From an uncultured delta proteobacterium (GTDB lineage Bacteria; Desulfobacterota; Binatia; Binatales; Binataceae), in contig CAWJET010000002.1 in assembly GCA_963842085.1 (NCBI GenBank), positions 1,312,001 to 1,376,000 on the forward strand: a DNA stretch of 64,000 bases, given 5' to 3'. The position numbers were made by a program, and so were the translations under genes. Below, one piece after another: positions 16,279 through 26,014 of the stretch (its first letter is position 1; every line of letters begins with the position of its first letter). The notes beneath the pieces are model-generated. The model was not told the DNA's origin and did no database searches. It saw only the letters and a program-made list of their open reading frames with translations.

Positions 16279-18132
16279 TCAGATCGGACGGGCCGTTCCG
16301 ATCGGCAAGGCACCGGGCGCTGCGCCCCCGCCGGAAGGTTCACGTGGCACGACCTCCTGCGTCTCGTTCAGTTGCATCGAGAATCTCCGCACAGGTATTC
16401 CGTGCGTCCGCCCAAAGCGGTGAAGTCTTTCCATCTGCCCGGGAGCGAGCTCTTCGTCCGCAACGATGATCTCGGTGAACGGCACCCGCGCGTGGATGGA
16501 CTCGATGTCCTCAGGTGTGCCCAGCACTTCCTCTCCGTGCAAGAGTTTGCCGTGCTTGAATGCATCCTCATCGACGAATCCAACAATCCGGGCCGAGCGT
16601 GTGCGCGCCTTCAACACGAATTCTGCGGCCACGGTTCCGATTTCTCCAGCTCCTACCACTAGTACCCTGTCAGTGACGGTCGCGAGGCGGCTGATCAGCC
16701 TGCGCAACACCTGGAACGACATCCGCGTCGCGACCAAAAGGTTGACGAGCAGCAGCGCGAACAGCACCGCGATTGATCCGGAATGCCTGATGGGCAGGAA
16801 ATTGGATCCGATTGCCACGAGGCTTGCAGCGAGCATCGCGCCGCCGGCGAACCGGAAGCTGTCCGTGAGACCCGCGTGGCGCCAGATTCCGCGATAAACG
16901 CCCGCGAGCAGAAATGCCGGGTACGTCAGCACGATCACCCACGGCAGCCCGCGCATCATCGATGCGAGCACCTCGGGAGTGAGGTTGAAATCGAGCCGCA
17001 ACGCGCACGCACCGAAATAAGCAGCGCTGATTAGCGCGATGTCCATCGTCGCATCAGCAATTCGTCGTTTGTAGCCGAGGGAAAGAATGTACCGTGCGAC
17101 CCCCTGAAGATAGCCGTATGCGACGCCCGGGGGATTCGCGTCGAAGATCAAATCGATCATGAAGAGCGCGATCACCGCCGCAGCGAGTGCGATAAACGGC
17201 AGCGCTGCGACAACGTCAGGGTGCGGCAACAGGTTAGCCGCAACCGCGCATACCGCAGTGACCGTCGCCACCGCCCAGATCGACGCGACAGTCCTCCGCT
17301 CCGAAAGTCCGAGCGAGAGCAGGCGATCGTGTACGTGCTCCAACCCATGCCGCGAAATCGCTTTCCCCGTCGCCAGTCGGGATGCCGTCACGATTCCCGT
17401 GTCGAGCAGTGGCACCAGCATCACCAGCACTGGGAAAACCCAAAGAGTGAGTCGCGTGTTCGTCGCGAGCGCTCCTCCTTGAAGCGCCAGTACTCCGAGC
17501 ATGTACCCGAGCGGGAGAGCGCCCGCGTCGCCCATAAAGATCGACGCGGGATAGATATTGAAGATCAGAAATCCCCCCAACGCTCCGGCGACGGCGAGGC
17601 TCGGCGCGGTTACCGCGGGCACTCCTCGCACGGTGCCGATCACCGCAATCGCAGCGGCGACCGTAAGTCCGATGCCCGCCGCCAGACCGTCAAGTCCGTC
17701 GACGAGGTTGAACGCGTTAGTCGCGGCGACCAGCCAGAAGATGCTGATCCCTACACCCAGAAATTGCCAAGGAGCGAACGCGTAACGGGGCAACGCGAAC
17801 ATAGCCGCCCACGTAACTATCGCGAGCTGGCATAACAATTTCTGCCGCGGGCTCAGCACCAGCGCATCGTCTACCAGACCGACTGCCAGCATCGCGCCGG
17901 CGCCTATCGCCACCCACGAGACCAGGTGGCTGGTCACCGCGAGGGCGACGACGATCGAGACAATAATCGAAATGCCACCCGTAGCAGGAACTCGTGCTTC
18001 GCTGAGCGGTGAAGCTACTTTCGCCGTGATGCCAATCCACCGCCCAAAGCGCATCGCAGCGGGCATCGTAACAATCGCCGCTAAGAACGCGATTGCTCCC
18101 GTCGTCCACGGATTTGTCAGTAGGGCGAGCAT
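16279..18132 (-). CDS. WecA/MraY-like polyprenyl-phosphate sugar-phosphotransferase fused to a CapD-type TM/Rossmann region
   Basis: GLVDD, NAFNLVDGLDGLA, IFMGDAG; C-terminal YRGIWR and VLVVGAGEIG. Confidence 0.85.
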   Translation of the reverse strand: MLALLTNPWTTGAIAFLAAIVTMPAAMRFGRWIGITAKVASPLSEARVPATGGISIIVSIVVALAVTSHLVSWVAIGAGAMLAVGLVDDALVLSPRQKLLCQLAIVTWAAMFALPRYAFAPWQFLGVGISIFWLVAATNAFNLVDGLDGLAAGIGLTVAAAIAVIGTVRGVPAVTAPSLAVAGALGGFLIFNIYPASIFMGDAGALPLGYMLGVLALQGGALATNTRLTLWVFPVLVMLVPLLDTGIVTASRLATGKAISRHGLEHVHDRLLSLGLSERRTVASIWAVATVTAVCAVAANLLPHPDVVAALPFIALAAAVIALFMIDLIFDANPPGVAYGYLQGVARYILSLGYKRRIADATMDIALISAAYFGACALRLDFNLTPEVLASMMRGLPWVIVLTYPAFLLAGVYRGIWRHAGLTDSFRFAGGAMLAASLVAIGSNFLPIRHSGSIAVLFALLLVNLLVATRMSFQVLRRLISRLATVTDRVLVVGAGEIGTVAAEFVLKARTRSARIVGFVDEDAFKHGKLLHGEEVLGTPEDIESIHARVPFTEIIVADEELAPGQMERLHRFGRTHGIPVRRFSMQLNETQEVVPREPSGGGAAPGALPIGTARPI

Positions 18133-18428
18133 TGATAAACTTTGTCAAAGCTTGTGTTTTATTCTCAAAGCATAGAATTACATGTAAAACTGTTGAATAT
18201 CAATAAGTTTAGCCAGATAAATCCGTTTAACCGTTGAATTTGACTTGCACTCCTGCTCCCGACAAGGCCGCGGCTCGGACCACCTGGGCGATACTGTCGT
18301 TCGCCTGCGAAGCTGCTGGAATGATCCGCGGCGAGGTTAGCTTGCTAGCGCTAGGGCGAATCTCACCAAGAAAACCCAATGCGATATTAATTTCGTAGCG
18401 AAAGAGACAGACTTCCGGAGTGCGGCGA

Positions 18429-19475
18429 TCAGGTAGGAGAGGATCCGGCTTCCTGCAGGAACTTTTCACGAACCTGCTGTTCAATCCAGGCGTAAGTGCG
18501 CGCGAGTCCCTCCTCCAGGGAAATCTCCGGCTCCCAGTTCAAGACCTCGCGCAGCCTAGTGTTGTCGGAATTGCGTCCGCGTACACCCTGAGGACCGGGC
18601 ACATGCTTGCGGCTGATTCGAATGCCCGCGATGCCCGCCACAATTCCGGCAAGTTCGTTTATCGTAACCATCCGGTCCTGGCCAAGATTGAGGGGCTCGT
18701 GGTAGTCCGATCGCATCAACTTTGAGATCCCGGTGATACAGTCGTCGATATAGCAGAACGAGCGGGTCTGCTCGCCGTCTCCCCAGATCTCCACTTCGTG
18801 ATTCCCCGTCAGCTTTGCGTGCGCTACTTTGCGACTCAATGCAGCAGGTGCCTTTTCGCGCCCGCCTTCCCAGGTGCCGTAGGGGCCGAACACATTATGG
18901 AAGCGGACTATCCGCGTCTCGATTCCGTAGTCTTCGCGATAGTGGGTGCACAATCGCTCGGTGATCAGCTTCTCCCACCCATAGGCGTCTTGCGGCTGCG
19001 CGGGGTAAGCGTCTTGCTCCTTAAGAGGAGCAACGTCGGTTTCGCTCTGCTTGTACTCCGGATAGACACAGGCCGACGAGCTGTACAAATAGCGGCGTAC
19101 GTCGTTGCGACGAGCAGCCTCCAGGGTCTGAAAATTGATCATCGCGTTGTTGTAGAGGATCTGCGAGTGATGGGAGGAGATGAAACCCATTCCGCCCATG
19201 TCCGCGGCGAGCGCATAGACCTCGTCGATTCCGCGCGTCGCCGCGACACAGTTCTCCCAGCTGCGAAGATCCAGGAGCAGAAATTCGTCGCAATCCGACG
19301 GAAGGAATTCCGGCTTCTTGATGTCCACGCCGCGGACCCAGTATCCGTCGCGTTTGAGGCGACTGGTCAGATGACTGCCGATGAATCCGCCCGCTCCGGT
19401 AACGAGAACTTTCGTCGTAATAAGTGTCACAACGGTTGATTTTACGTCGCGCTGCGTGAACTGAAATTCTATCAA
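18429..19475 (-). CDS. GDP-mannose 3,5-epimerase-like SDR (start uncertain)
   Basis: GAGGFIG, LAADMGGMGFI, SSACVYP, YGWEK, GGREKAPAA. Confidence 0.85.
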   Translation of the reverse strand: MIEFQFTQRDVKSTVVTLITTKVLVTGAGGFIGSHLTSRLKRDGYWVRGVDIKKPEFLPSDCDEFLLLDLRSWENCVAATRGIDEVYALAADMGGMGFISSHHSQILYNNAMINFQTLEAARRNDVRRYLYSSSACVYPEYKQSETDVAPLKEQDAYPAQPQDAYGWEKLITERLCTHYREDYGIETRIVRFHNVFGPYGTWEGGREKAPAALSRKVAHAKLTGNHEVEIWGDGEQTRSFCYIDDCITGISKLMRSDYHEPLNLGQDRMVTINELAGIVAGIAGIRISRKHVPGPQGVRGRNSDNTRLREVLNWEPEISLEEGLARTYAWIEQQVREKFLQEAGSSPT

Positions 19476-19506
19476 GCAGCGCCATCGGCGCCAGTAATGC
19501 GTCCGC

Positions 19507-20346
19507 TCAAAGTTCCGTGCGCTCGGCGGCGGCAGCCTGCCTCAAGCGAATCTCAACTGTCTCGGCGAGCGCACGGTAGAGAAACCGGGGGCCGTCGAGC
19601 AGGTCGCGCCGCCACAGCTTTGCTGGTTCCATAGCAAGCCGCCACAGCCACTCGAGACCAGCGCCGCCAACCCATCCAGGCGCCCGTCTCACCTGTCCGC
19701 TGACAAGGCGTAACGCTGCTCCAACCCCGACAACCACCGGAACCCGGAGCGCGTCTAGGTTTCGATGTATCCACCACTCCTGTTTTGGCAGGCCGAGGCC
19801 GACCCATAGCACGTGCGGACGTGCTTCGTTTATCTGCTCCACTATCGCCCGCTCTTCTTCGAGTTCCAACTCTCGGAAGGGCGGCGATAGGGTTCCAACT
19901 ACGCGATGGCCGGGATGCTGCCGCTCGAACCTCTCCTTCAGCGCGGCGAGCGTATCGTCGGTGTCGCCATAGAAAAAGCTCCGGTAGCCCGTCTGATTGG
20001 CGCGCGCGGCGAAGCGCACCAGCAATTCGGGCCCCGGAACCCGGCCCGGGAGCGGCATGCCGCGCAGCTGCGATATCCAGACCGGAGCAATCCCGTCGGG
20101 GCAGAAGAGATCCGCAGAGTTGAGCACGTCGCGCAGCCGCGGGTTCCTGTGTGCCTCCCAGATTCCATGAAATCCCGTGGCGACGACGAAGCGGCAGCGC
20201 TCCTCGGATAGTTCGATCCAGCGCTCGATGCGATTCAGCGCTTCATCGATAGTCACCCTGGAAACCGAGCTTCCCAGAATTTCGATCGACGGGGGTCGCT
20301 CTGGGCACTCGGCTCGGGACGTTTCGCTGCTGGCGATGGAACTCAT
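19507..20346 (-). CDS. WecB/TagA/CpsF family glycosyltransferase
   Basis: PDGI, SPPFR, LWVGLGLPKQE, RRAP...GLEWLWRL. Confidence 0.9.
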   Translation of the reverse strand: MSSIASSETSRAECPERPPSIEILGSSVSRVTIDEALNRIERWIELSEERCRFVVATGFHGIWEAHRNPRLRDVLNSADLFCPDGIAPVWISQLRGMPLPGRVPGPELLVRFAARANQTGYRSFFYGDTDDTLAALKERFERQHPGHRVVGTLSPPFRELELEEERAIVEQINEARPHVLWVGLGLPKQEWWIHRNLDALRVPVVVGVGAALRLVSGQVRRAPGWVGGAGLEWLWRLAMEPAKLWRRDLLDGPRFLYRALAETVEIRLRQAAAAERTEL

Positions 20347-20447
20347 CCGTCGTCAGCTCCGTGAGACAATGCGAAAGTCTTTCGGTATAGGCACTGACAA
20401 CAGAACCTTACCCGATGCGGTCGACGCGAAGTTTCTTATCCCAATCA

Positions 20448-21824
20448 TCAGCGGTAGGCTCGCGCATCGAATGCAACCGATGCGGCGCCGCGGGTCGTTG
20501 CCAAAGTCTCCGCTGCTTCGCTGGCATTTCGAAGATTCGCGGCACGAATCAATACTCCGAGGTACACCATGGCCGGCAGCTGCAGCATCAGGTCTACACT
20601 GAACAACGCGGCTGTATTCTCGGGAATGGTCCGGAGTGTGAAGAAGACCATCAAACCGGCCACCTGCGCGAACAGCATCGAATCATCCACCGGCACGATA
20701 TCCGGCCGCCATAGCGCGCGCGCAAGATACACGAGGGCGATGGCAAATCCCAGCGTCCAAGCGCCGCCACCGAGAAACCCTCCGCAGAGCAACGCATACA
20801 ATACGCCGTTCTGTGCATTGGCGAAGATAATCCGGCGGTCCCCCTGGGGCCCATAGCCGATGATCGGCGCGCGCAGGATGGCAAGCCAGGCATCCTGGAA
20901 AATATCGGTCCGCCCGGTCATCCGCATCAGATTGAGGTCGTGGCGCGTTGCATGGCGCCAGATGTAGTGCAGTGTTTCGTGCGACACGAAATTCAAGCTG
21001 ACTGAGCCGGCAGTCAGCACCAGCGCCAGAATACCGATCGTGCGTGCGCGTCCTCCCAGCAGCAGCATCACAACTCCCAATGCTGCCACGAATCCCACTA
21101 GCGATCCGCGCGACTGCATCACCCAAACTAACCACGCGCATCCGGCGAACAGCGCAAGCCACGTGACCCGGGTCCATCGCTCGGCCCGCCACATCGCTGC
21201 GCATGCAACGATTGCAACCGCACCCCCGAAGCGTGAAATCCCGGTTGGACGCAGCATCGCCATTCCGGCAACCGTCCGCATCCTCACGTTCACGCCATAG
21301 CCGGTTAGTCCCTCCCCTGTATCCTCTAAGAGATGGCCCCGGGAAACGTAAACGACGATCGCGAGAATCACGACGGCCGCGATCCAGCTCAGGCGGTTGA
21401 GTGATGCCGCGCCGGCAACCTCGCCGCCGCATTCTGCCAGGTACATTTCGCCCGCGCCCAGCGTCGCGATGAATGCGAGCCCCCAATAACCCGACGCAAA
21501 CCAGTTCTCCACCCCAATGCTCGCGACGAGACAGACAACCGCGTAAAAGAACCACAGCCACTCGGGCAGGGTCGGCTCGCGCATCCGGGTGTCGCTCCGG
21601 GCCAGCAAATGAAGAATCCAAATCGGCAGGACCACGAGCGGAAGCGTTGCGCGGACGCCGTTGAACGCGCCGGTCCATCCGCTCAGGATGCGGTTGAGAT
21701 CAATATCCCAAGGACTCGTGTTAATCGATCCCCAGAGCGCAAGCCAACACAGCGTAGGAACGACCGGGAGCATGATTCCGGCGACACTGTGCGGAGATCG
21801 GGTTGCTGACGGCGATCGCATCAT
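20448..21824 (-). CDS. O-antigen ligase/Wzy-like polymerase
   Basis: Many TM helices, QSRGS, TGRTDIF...PIIGYG, NAQN. Confidence 0.75.
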   Translation of the reverse strand: MMRSPSATRSPHSVAGIMLPVVPTLCWLALWGSINTSPWDIDLNRILSGWTGAFNGVRATLPLVVLPIWILHLLARSDTRMREPTLPEWLWFFYAVVCLVASIGVENWFASGYWGLAFIATLGAGEMYLAECGGEVAGAASLNRLSWIAAVVILAIVVYVSRGHLLEDTGEGLTGYGVNVRMRTVAGMAMLRPTGISRFGGAVAIVACAAMWRAERWTRVTWLALFAGCAWLVWVMQSRGSLVGFVAALGVVMLLLGGRARTIGILALVLTAGSVSLNFVSHETLHYIWRHATRHDLNLMRMTGRTDIFQDAWLAILRAPIIGYGPQGDRRIIFANAQNGVLYALLCGGFLGGGAWTLGFAIALVYLARALWRPDIVPVDDSMLFAQVAGLMVFFTLRTIPENTAALFSVDLMLQLPAMVYLGVLIRAANLRNASEAAETLATTRGAASVAFDARAYR

Positions 21825-23152
21825 AGAGGGTCGACCGCAGCCTCAGTTCTGGCGCGCGCCGAGTCGCTACGGGAGACGTTGCCAGCATTGACCCGAGCGT
21901 CATGATGCTGCAGCGCCTCGCGATAGACCCGCTCGATCGCCTCGGCCTTAGCCTCCGGCGAATAATCGCGCGCCCGGCTCAATGCTCCCGCGGCAAGCCT
22001 CTGGCGCCGCTCTTCGTCGGACGCAAGGTCGGCAACAGCGCCCGCAAGGCGTCGTTCGAATTCGTCCACGGAGTGAATGGGCAGCTTGATACCGCACTCG
22101 TCAGAGACCACGTCCGAAAATCCGCAATGGTCTGGGCAGATAACGGGAACCCCTTGTGCGAGAGCTTCGATGATCACCGTCGAGGTCAGATCCTTGAGAC
22201 TGGTGATGACGAACGCATGGGCGCGCCGCAGTCCGCTCAACACCTCATCGCGTGGGACCTCTCCGCGCCAGGTGCATCGATCATCGATCCCAAGACGCGA
22301 AGCCAATTTCTGCCAGCCGCTGCGGCAGGGACCGTCGCCCCAAATCTCCAGGCGCCAGTCGATGACCTCATGCATTGCGTGCAATGTATGCAGAAGCAAA
22401 TGAAGAGCCTTCCCGGGGAGATGACGTCCGCTCCATGCTATTCGGAGCGGTTCGCTGGGAGCGCGAATCGCGAATTCCGTCGCTGCCTCGAACGGGGCGC
22501 TCACCTCGGATATGACCTCGCTCGACACTCCATACCGGCGCAGAATTTCAGCCTGTATACCGGAAGTGGCCGCGATCACAGCGCTCGCGCGCCTGAATGC
22601 CTTGCGCGGTGCCCGCAAAAATCTTCTATGCCACGAGTTGACGACGTTTCTCGCCGCATAATAGGCGGCACCTTGAACGCCCATGGCTGGAACTAGCCGC
22701 CATGGGGTGTTCTCGAGGCCGCCTATCGGTCCCCACACGAACGGGACGCCGAGTTTCCACAGATAGCCCGGAAAACGGAACCCCACGTATGTAACCTGAT
22801 GGATGAGGTCGAAGCCTATTTCACGATGAAGCTGGGCGCCCAGAAGGAACGCGCCGCGCAACCATGACCGATAGGCCCAGTTCATCGCTGGCTTGACGAT
22901 GGAATTCTCGACCCGGATCCAGGCGGGGGTCGGCCGATAGTGCCACGGCTTCTCCTCGACGTAGACGAAGTGGAGACGGTCGCGCATTTCAGGTTCGCGG
23001 CGAATGGCGGCGTCGAGATCGCGCCGACGATACCCGGCGGTAAGCACCCACACCTCGTGATTCCGCGCGATCGCGTTCACCCAGCCCCAGCCAACGCCTT
23101 CTTCCGAGCCATGAAAAGGGTCACAGGCGTATGCGGTCGCGAGGATTTTCAC
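21821..23152 (-). CDS. Glycosyltransferase family 4
   Basis: AYACDPFHGSEEGVGW; IEALAQGVPVI. Confidence 0.9.
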   Translation of the reverse strand: MKILATAYACDPFHGSEEGVGWGWVNAIARNHEVWVLTAGYRRRDLDAAIRREPEMRDRLHFVYVEEKPWHYRPTPAWIRVENSIVKPAMNWAYRSWLRGAFLLGAQLHREIGFDLIHQVTYVGFRFPGYLWKLGVPFVWGPIGGLENTPWRLVPAMGVQGAAYYAARNVVNSWHRRFLRAPRKAFRRASAVIAATSGIQAEILRRYGVSSEVISEVSAPFEAATEFAIRAPSEPLRIAWSGRHLPGKALHLLLHTLHAMHEVIDWRLEIWGDGPCRSGWQKLASRLGIDDRCTWRGEVPRDEVLSGLRRAHAFVITSLKDLTSTVIIEALAQGVPVICPDHCGFSDVVSDECGIKLPIHSVDEFERRLAGAVADLASDEERRQRLAAGALSRARDYSPEAKAEAIERVYREALQHHDARVNAGNVSRSDSARARTEAAVDPL

Positions 23153-23250
23153 TGCCTCTGCTCACCGCCTGAGCAACGTCGCGTGGCACGGTTCTTTCGA
23201 TGGTTCAACACCATGTCAACTCCGAGCACGCGAGGTTGAACTGTCCAGAG

Positions 23251-24162
23251 TCATTTTCCCATCTTCTCGAAGTACGCGTTGAGTACCATCCCCGCATCAC
23301 ACCAGTCACTGAGTCTCATTGCAGCATAAGTTATTCTCCAGCCGACAGCACCAAGCGGGCGGACGCGGGCCAGACGTTCGATCCTCCGCCGTGGCACTTT
23401 TGACACTGTCTCGATGCGGCGCACGCTGAAGCCGTTTTTCGCAAACAACTCCGTGAGACCGCGCTGGCTGAAAAAGTTAAGGTGTTCGGGCGGACTTACG
23501 AACATATCGTTGGTGCCCTGAAGCCGTGACACGAGCGAGCCGAAGTGCGGCACCGCTATCGCCGCGATTCCGCCCGGCCGCAGCACCGTGTGAAGATTCC
23601 TCACCGTATCAAGCGGATGCGGCAAATGCTCCAGCACCTGGCTCAGTAGCGCGACGTCGTATGAACAGCACACTCGTTGCGCAAATGTGCGATCGAAGAA
23701 CCTTTTCTGCGGGCTGAACCCGTTAACTTCGGTGAACACGGCATGCGCGTTCTCATTGGGTTCTATCGCGCTCACCCGGAAACCACGCTTCGCCGCAACG
23801 TGCGAGAAGGTCCCATTGCCCGCCCCCACATCGAGGACGCTCCAGCCTTTGGCCAGTCGAACGCACCTGTTGATGATGGTTTCCGCGTCACCCCACGACG
23901 TCGGGTAGTATGCAGCGTCAATTGAGTCGGCGTCCTTACGAGTAGGCGACCCATAAGCGGGACTTGCATACAGGGCGGCTAGTTCGCTGTCGTCCGGCCG
24001 GGGCCATACGAATCCTGATCGGCATGATTGGCACCTCCAAACCGTGTACGTTCCGGACTCCGTAAGTTTGTCCTGCCAGAAGGTGGCGAGCCCTCCAGCG
24101 CAGAACAAACATCCCTCCGGGGTTGCGGAGTTGGAGCGGCACGACGTGTCACTTCTGGCCAT
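23251..24162 (-). CDS. Class I SAM-dependent methyltransferase (Cys-rich N-terminus)
   Basis: CLFC, CQSC, VLDVGAGNG, QVLEH, PPEHLNFF. Confidence 0.85.
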   Translation of the reverse strand: MARSDTSCRSNSATPEGCLFCAGGLATFWQDKLTESGTYTVWRCQSCRSGFVWPRPDDSELAALYASPAYGSPTRKDADSIDAAYYPTSWGDAETIINRCVRLAKGWSVLDVGAGNGTFSHVAAKRGFRVSAIEPNENAHAVFTEVNGFSPQKRFFDRTFAQRVCCSYDVALLSQVLEHLPHPLDTVRNLHTVLRPGGIAAIAVPHFGSLVSRLQGTNDMFVSPPEHLNFFSQRGLTELFAKNGFSVRRIETVSKVPRRRIERLARVRPLGAVGWRITYAAMRLSDWCDAGMVLNAYFEKMGK

Positions 24163-24267
24163 CAGCAGGAGCCTTTCGGCAATATGCGAGATCTCAGCCC
24201 GCTAAGTGTCCGGTACATAATTTCGTCGGCCATTTCGACGCAGTTGCCCAGCGCGCGAGACGCCACA

Positions 24268-24579
24268 CTAGTGTCCTGAGTTAGAAGTCCGCGTAATAAA
24301 AATGGGAGTAATCGAGGCCCCTCTTGCCTCATCCTGAGCGCGTGAGCCGGAGCCCTGAGGCGAAGCCGAACGGGGAAGGATCTCGCACGGTCCTCCGGGC
24401 GTGTCGCTGGGCGTGGGGGGTCTGACGCGCGCGGGAGCGCGCGGGATCCTTCACGGAGTTTACCCTGGAGGCGCACTGCGGGCCCCTTCGCTGCGCTCAG
24501 GGCCTTCGGCTGCGCCGAAGGGTTCAGGATGACGGGGCACGGGTCGTTTTGTAAACCAATTTCCAACTCGCCACACTAG
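24268..24579. mobile_element. MITE-like insertion flanked by CTAG, containing REP-like palindromes
   Basis: CTAG at 24268-24271 and 24576-24579; imperfect inverted ends ctagtgtcctgagttagaagt / ctagtgtggcgagttggaaat (16/21); internal inverted tcatcctga...gaaggatc units. Confidence 0.5.
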
Positions 24580-24582
24580 CAC

Positions 24583-25785
24583 TCACCGGTTTAACCCCGC
24601 TGCGCGCACGGCTTGGGGGCAAGCGCCCTGGTTAGGGGTCCTGCCAGCCATAAGCATGTCGTCCTCGAACTTGCGCACGATGGCGTCCCATGAGAATTTC
24701 GAGGCGGCCTTGAGGCGCCCCCGCTCGCACAAGCGGGCGACAGGATGGGGATTATCGAACAATTCCGAAATACGCCGGACGAATTCGTCCCCGTCGCGGG
24801 CGAAAAGAATATCTTCGCCATGCTTGAGCCCAAGGCCCTCGGCGGCTTTCTCCGTAGCCACAACCGGGATGCCGGCGGCCATCGCTTCGAGAATCTTGAG
24901 GCGCGTCCCGGAACCCCAGAAAATCGGCGCGACGGCGACACCACATGCCGCTACGAAGCCCGGAAATTCATCGTAAGGCAGGGAGCCCGCATTCCTGATC
25001 CACGGCTCGCGGTACGGAGCGCCGCCTCCCGTCAGCGCCAGTGTCGCCGACGGGTGCCTCTGCCGCAGCGCCGGCACCACGGACGTGACCAGGAAATCGA
25101 TCGCCTCGCGATTAGGAGGGAAGGCATAAAATCCCGCGAAGAGCAGCGTGCGGCTGTCGATCCCGTATTTCGCCCGCAGGCTCGCAATTGTTTGGCGATC
25201 GAGCGGGGCAAATCGTTCGGTGTCAACACCGTTGGGCAGCAGTATCGGCTTTACACCGTAGAGCCGGACAAAATGCGACTGATCGACTTCCGAAACTGCG
25301 GTGACCAGGTCGGCATCGCGAGCAAGCCGCCTCTCGGCGAGGCGTGTCAGGAGCGCGACGGCCCGGCCGTTGCGGATCGAGCGCAGGAGATACTCGACGG
25401 CGTGCGAGTGGTAAACGACTTTGGTTTGCGGAATCGCTCGCCGAATTCGCCGCAGCAGCATCCAGTGGTAAAACGCCCACGAGGCGCCTTCGAGAATCAC
25501 CACATCGGGTTCCGCCATGCGGATTTCCGCGATCATCCGATTGACGAAGCCCGGCAGCCGAATGAGTCTTTCGCGGCGCGATTCGGACGCGCCGGCGAGC
25601 GTCACAACCTCCACGCCATCTGCGGTAACGAAGCGCCCGTCGTGGCAGCCGAGCTGTACCAGCACGCTGGAACCGCTGGCGAATTTCGCGAGGTTATAGC
25701 TGACGCTCGCCGAGCCGTGTGCCGGCGGATAGCCCTGATAAAAGCAGCAGAAAACAATCTTCAAAATTCGCTCCTGCGTTACCAC
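24583..25785 (-). CDS. Glycosyltransferase family 4
   Basis: PNGVD, PPNREA, GSGTRLKILEAMAAGIPVVAT. Confidence 0.9.
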   Translation of the reverse strand: MVTQERILKIVFCCFYQGYPPAHGSASVSYNLAKFASGSSVLVQLGCHDGRFVTADGVEVVTLAGASESRRERLIRLPGFVNRMIAEIRMAEPDVVILEGASWAFYHWMLLRRIRRAIPQTKVVYHSHAVEYLLRSIRNGRAVALLTRLAERRLARDADLVTAVSEVDQSHFVRLYGVKPILLPNGVDTERFAPLDRQTIASLRAKYGIDSRTLLFAGFYAFPPNREAIDFLVTSVVPALRQRHPSATLALTGGGAPYREPWIRNAGSLPYDEFPGFVAACGVAVAPIFWGSGTRLKILEAMAAGIPVVATEKAAEGLGLKHGEDILFARDGDEFVRRISELFDNPHPVARLCERGRLKAASKFSWDAIVRKFEDDMLMAGRTPNQGACPQAVRAAGLNR

Positions 25786-26014
25786 CCGAGCGTTAGATTC
25801 GAAGTGATGCGAAGAGAGAAACTCAGTTCTTCATTAGGAGGAATTGCCCGCGAGTGACGCTCGGCGCCGACAAAGCGACCCGCCGCGTCTGAAGGCAGGC
25901 TATATTGCCGTCTATGTCTCAAAAGGATTCATACGGTGTTAACAGACCGCGGAAAAATGCCGAATAGTCATAAAACAAGAGGCTGGTCCATCAATGGCTC
26001 CCCAAGAGGACAAA

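Noticed and set aside
24162-24566. 134-aa ORF
   Set aside because: Translation of a palindromic repeat/MITE-like element, not protein-like.
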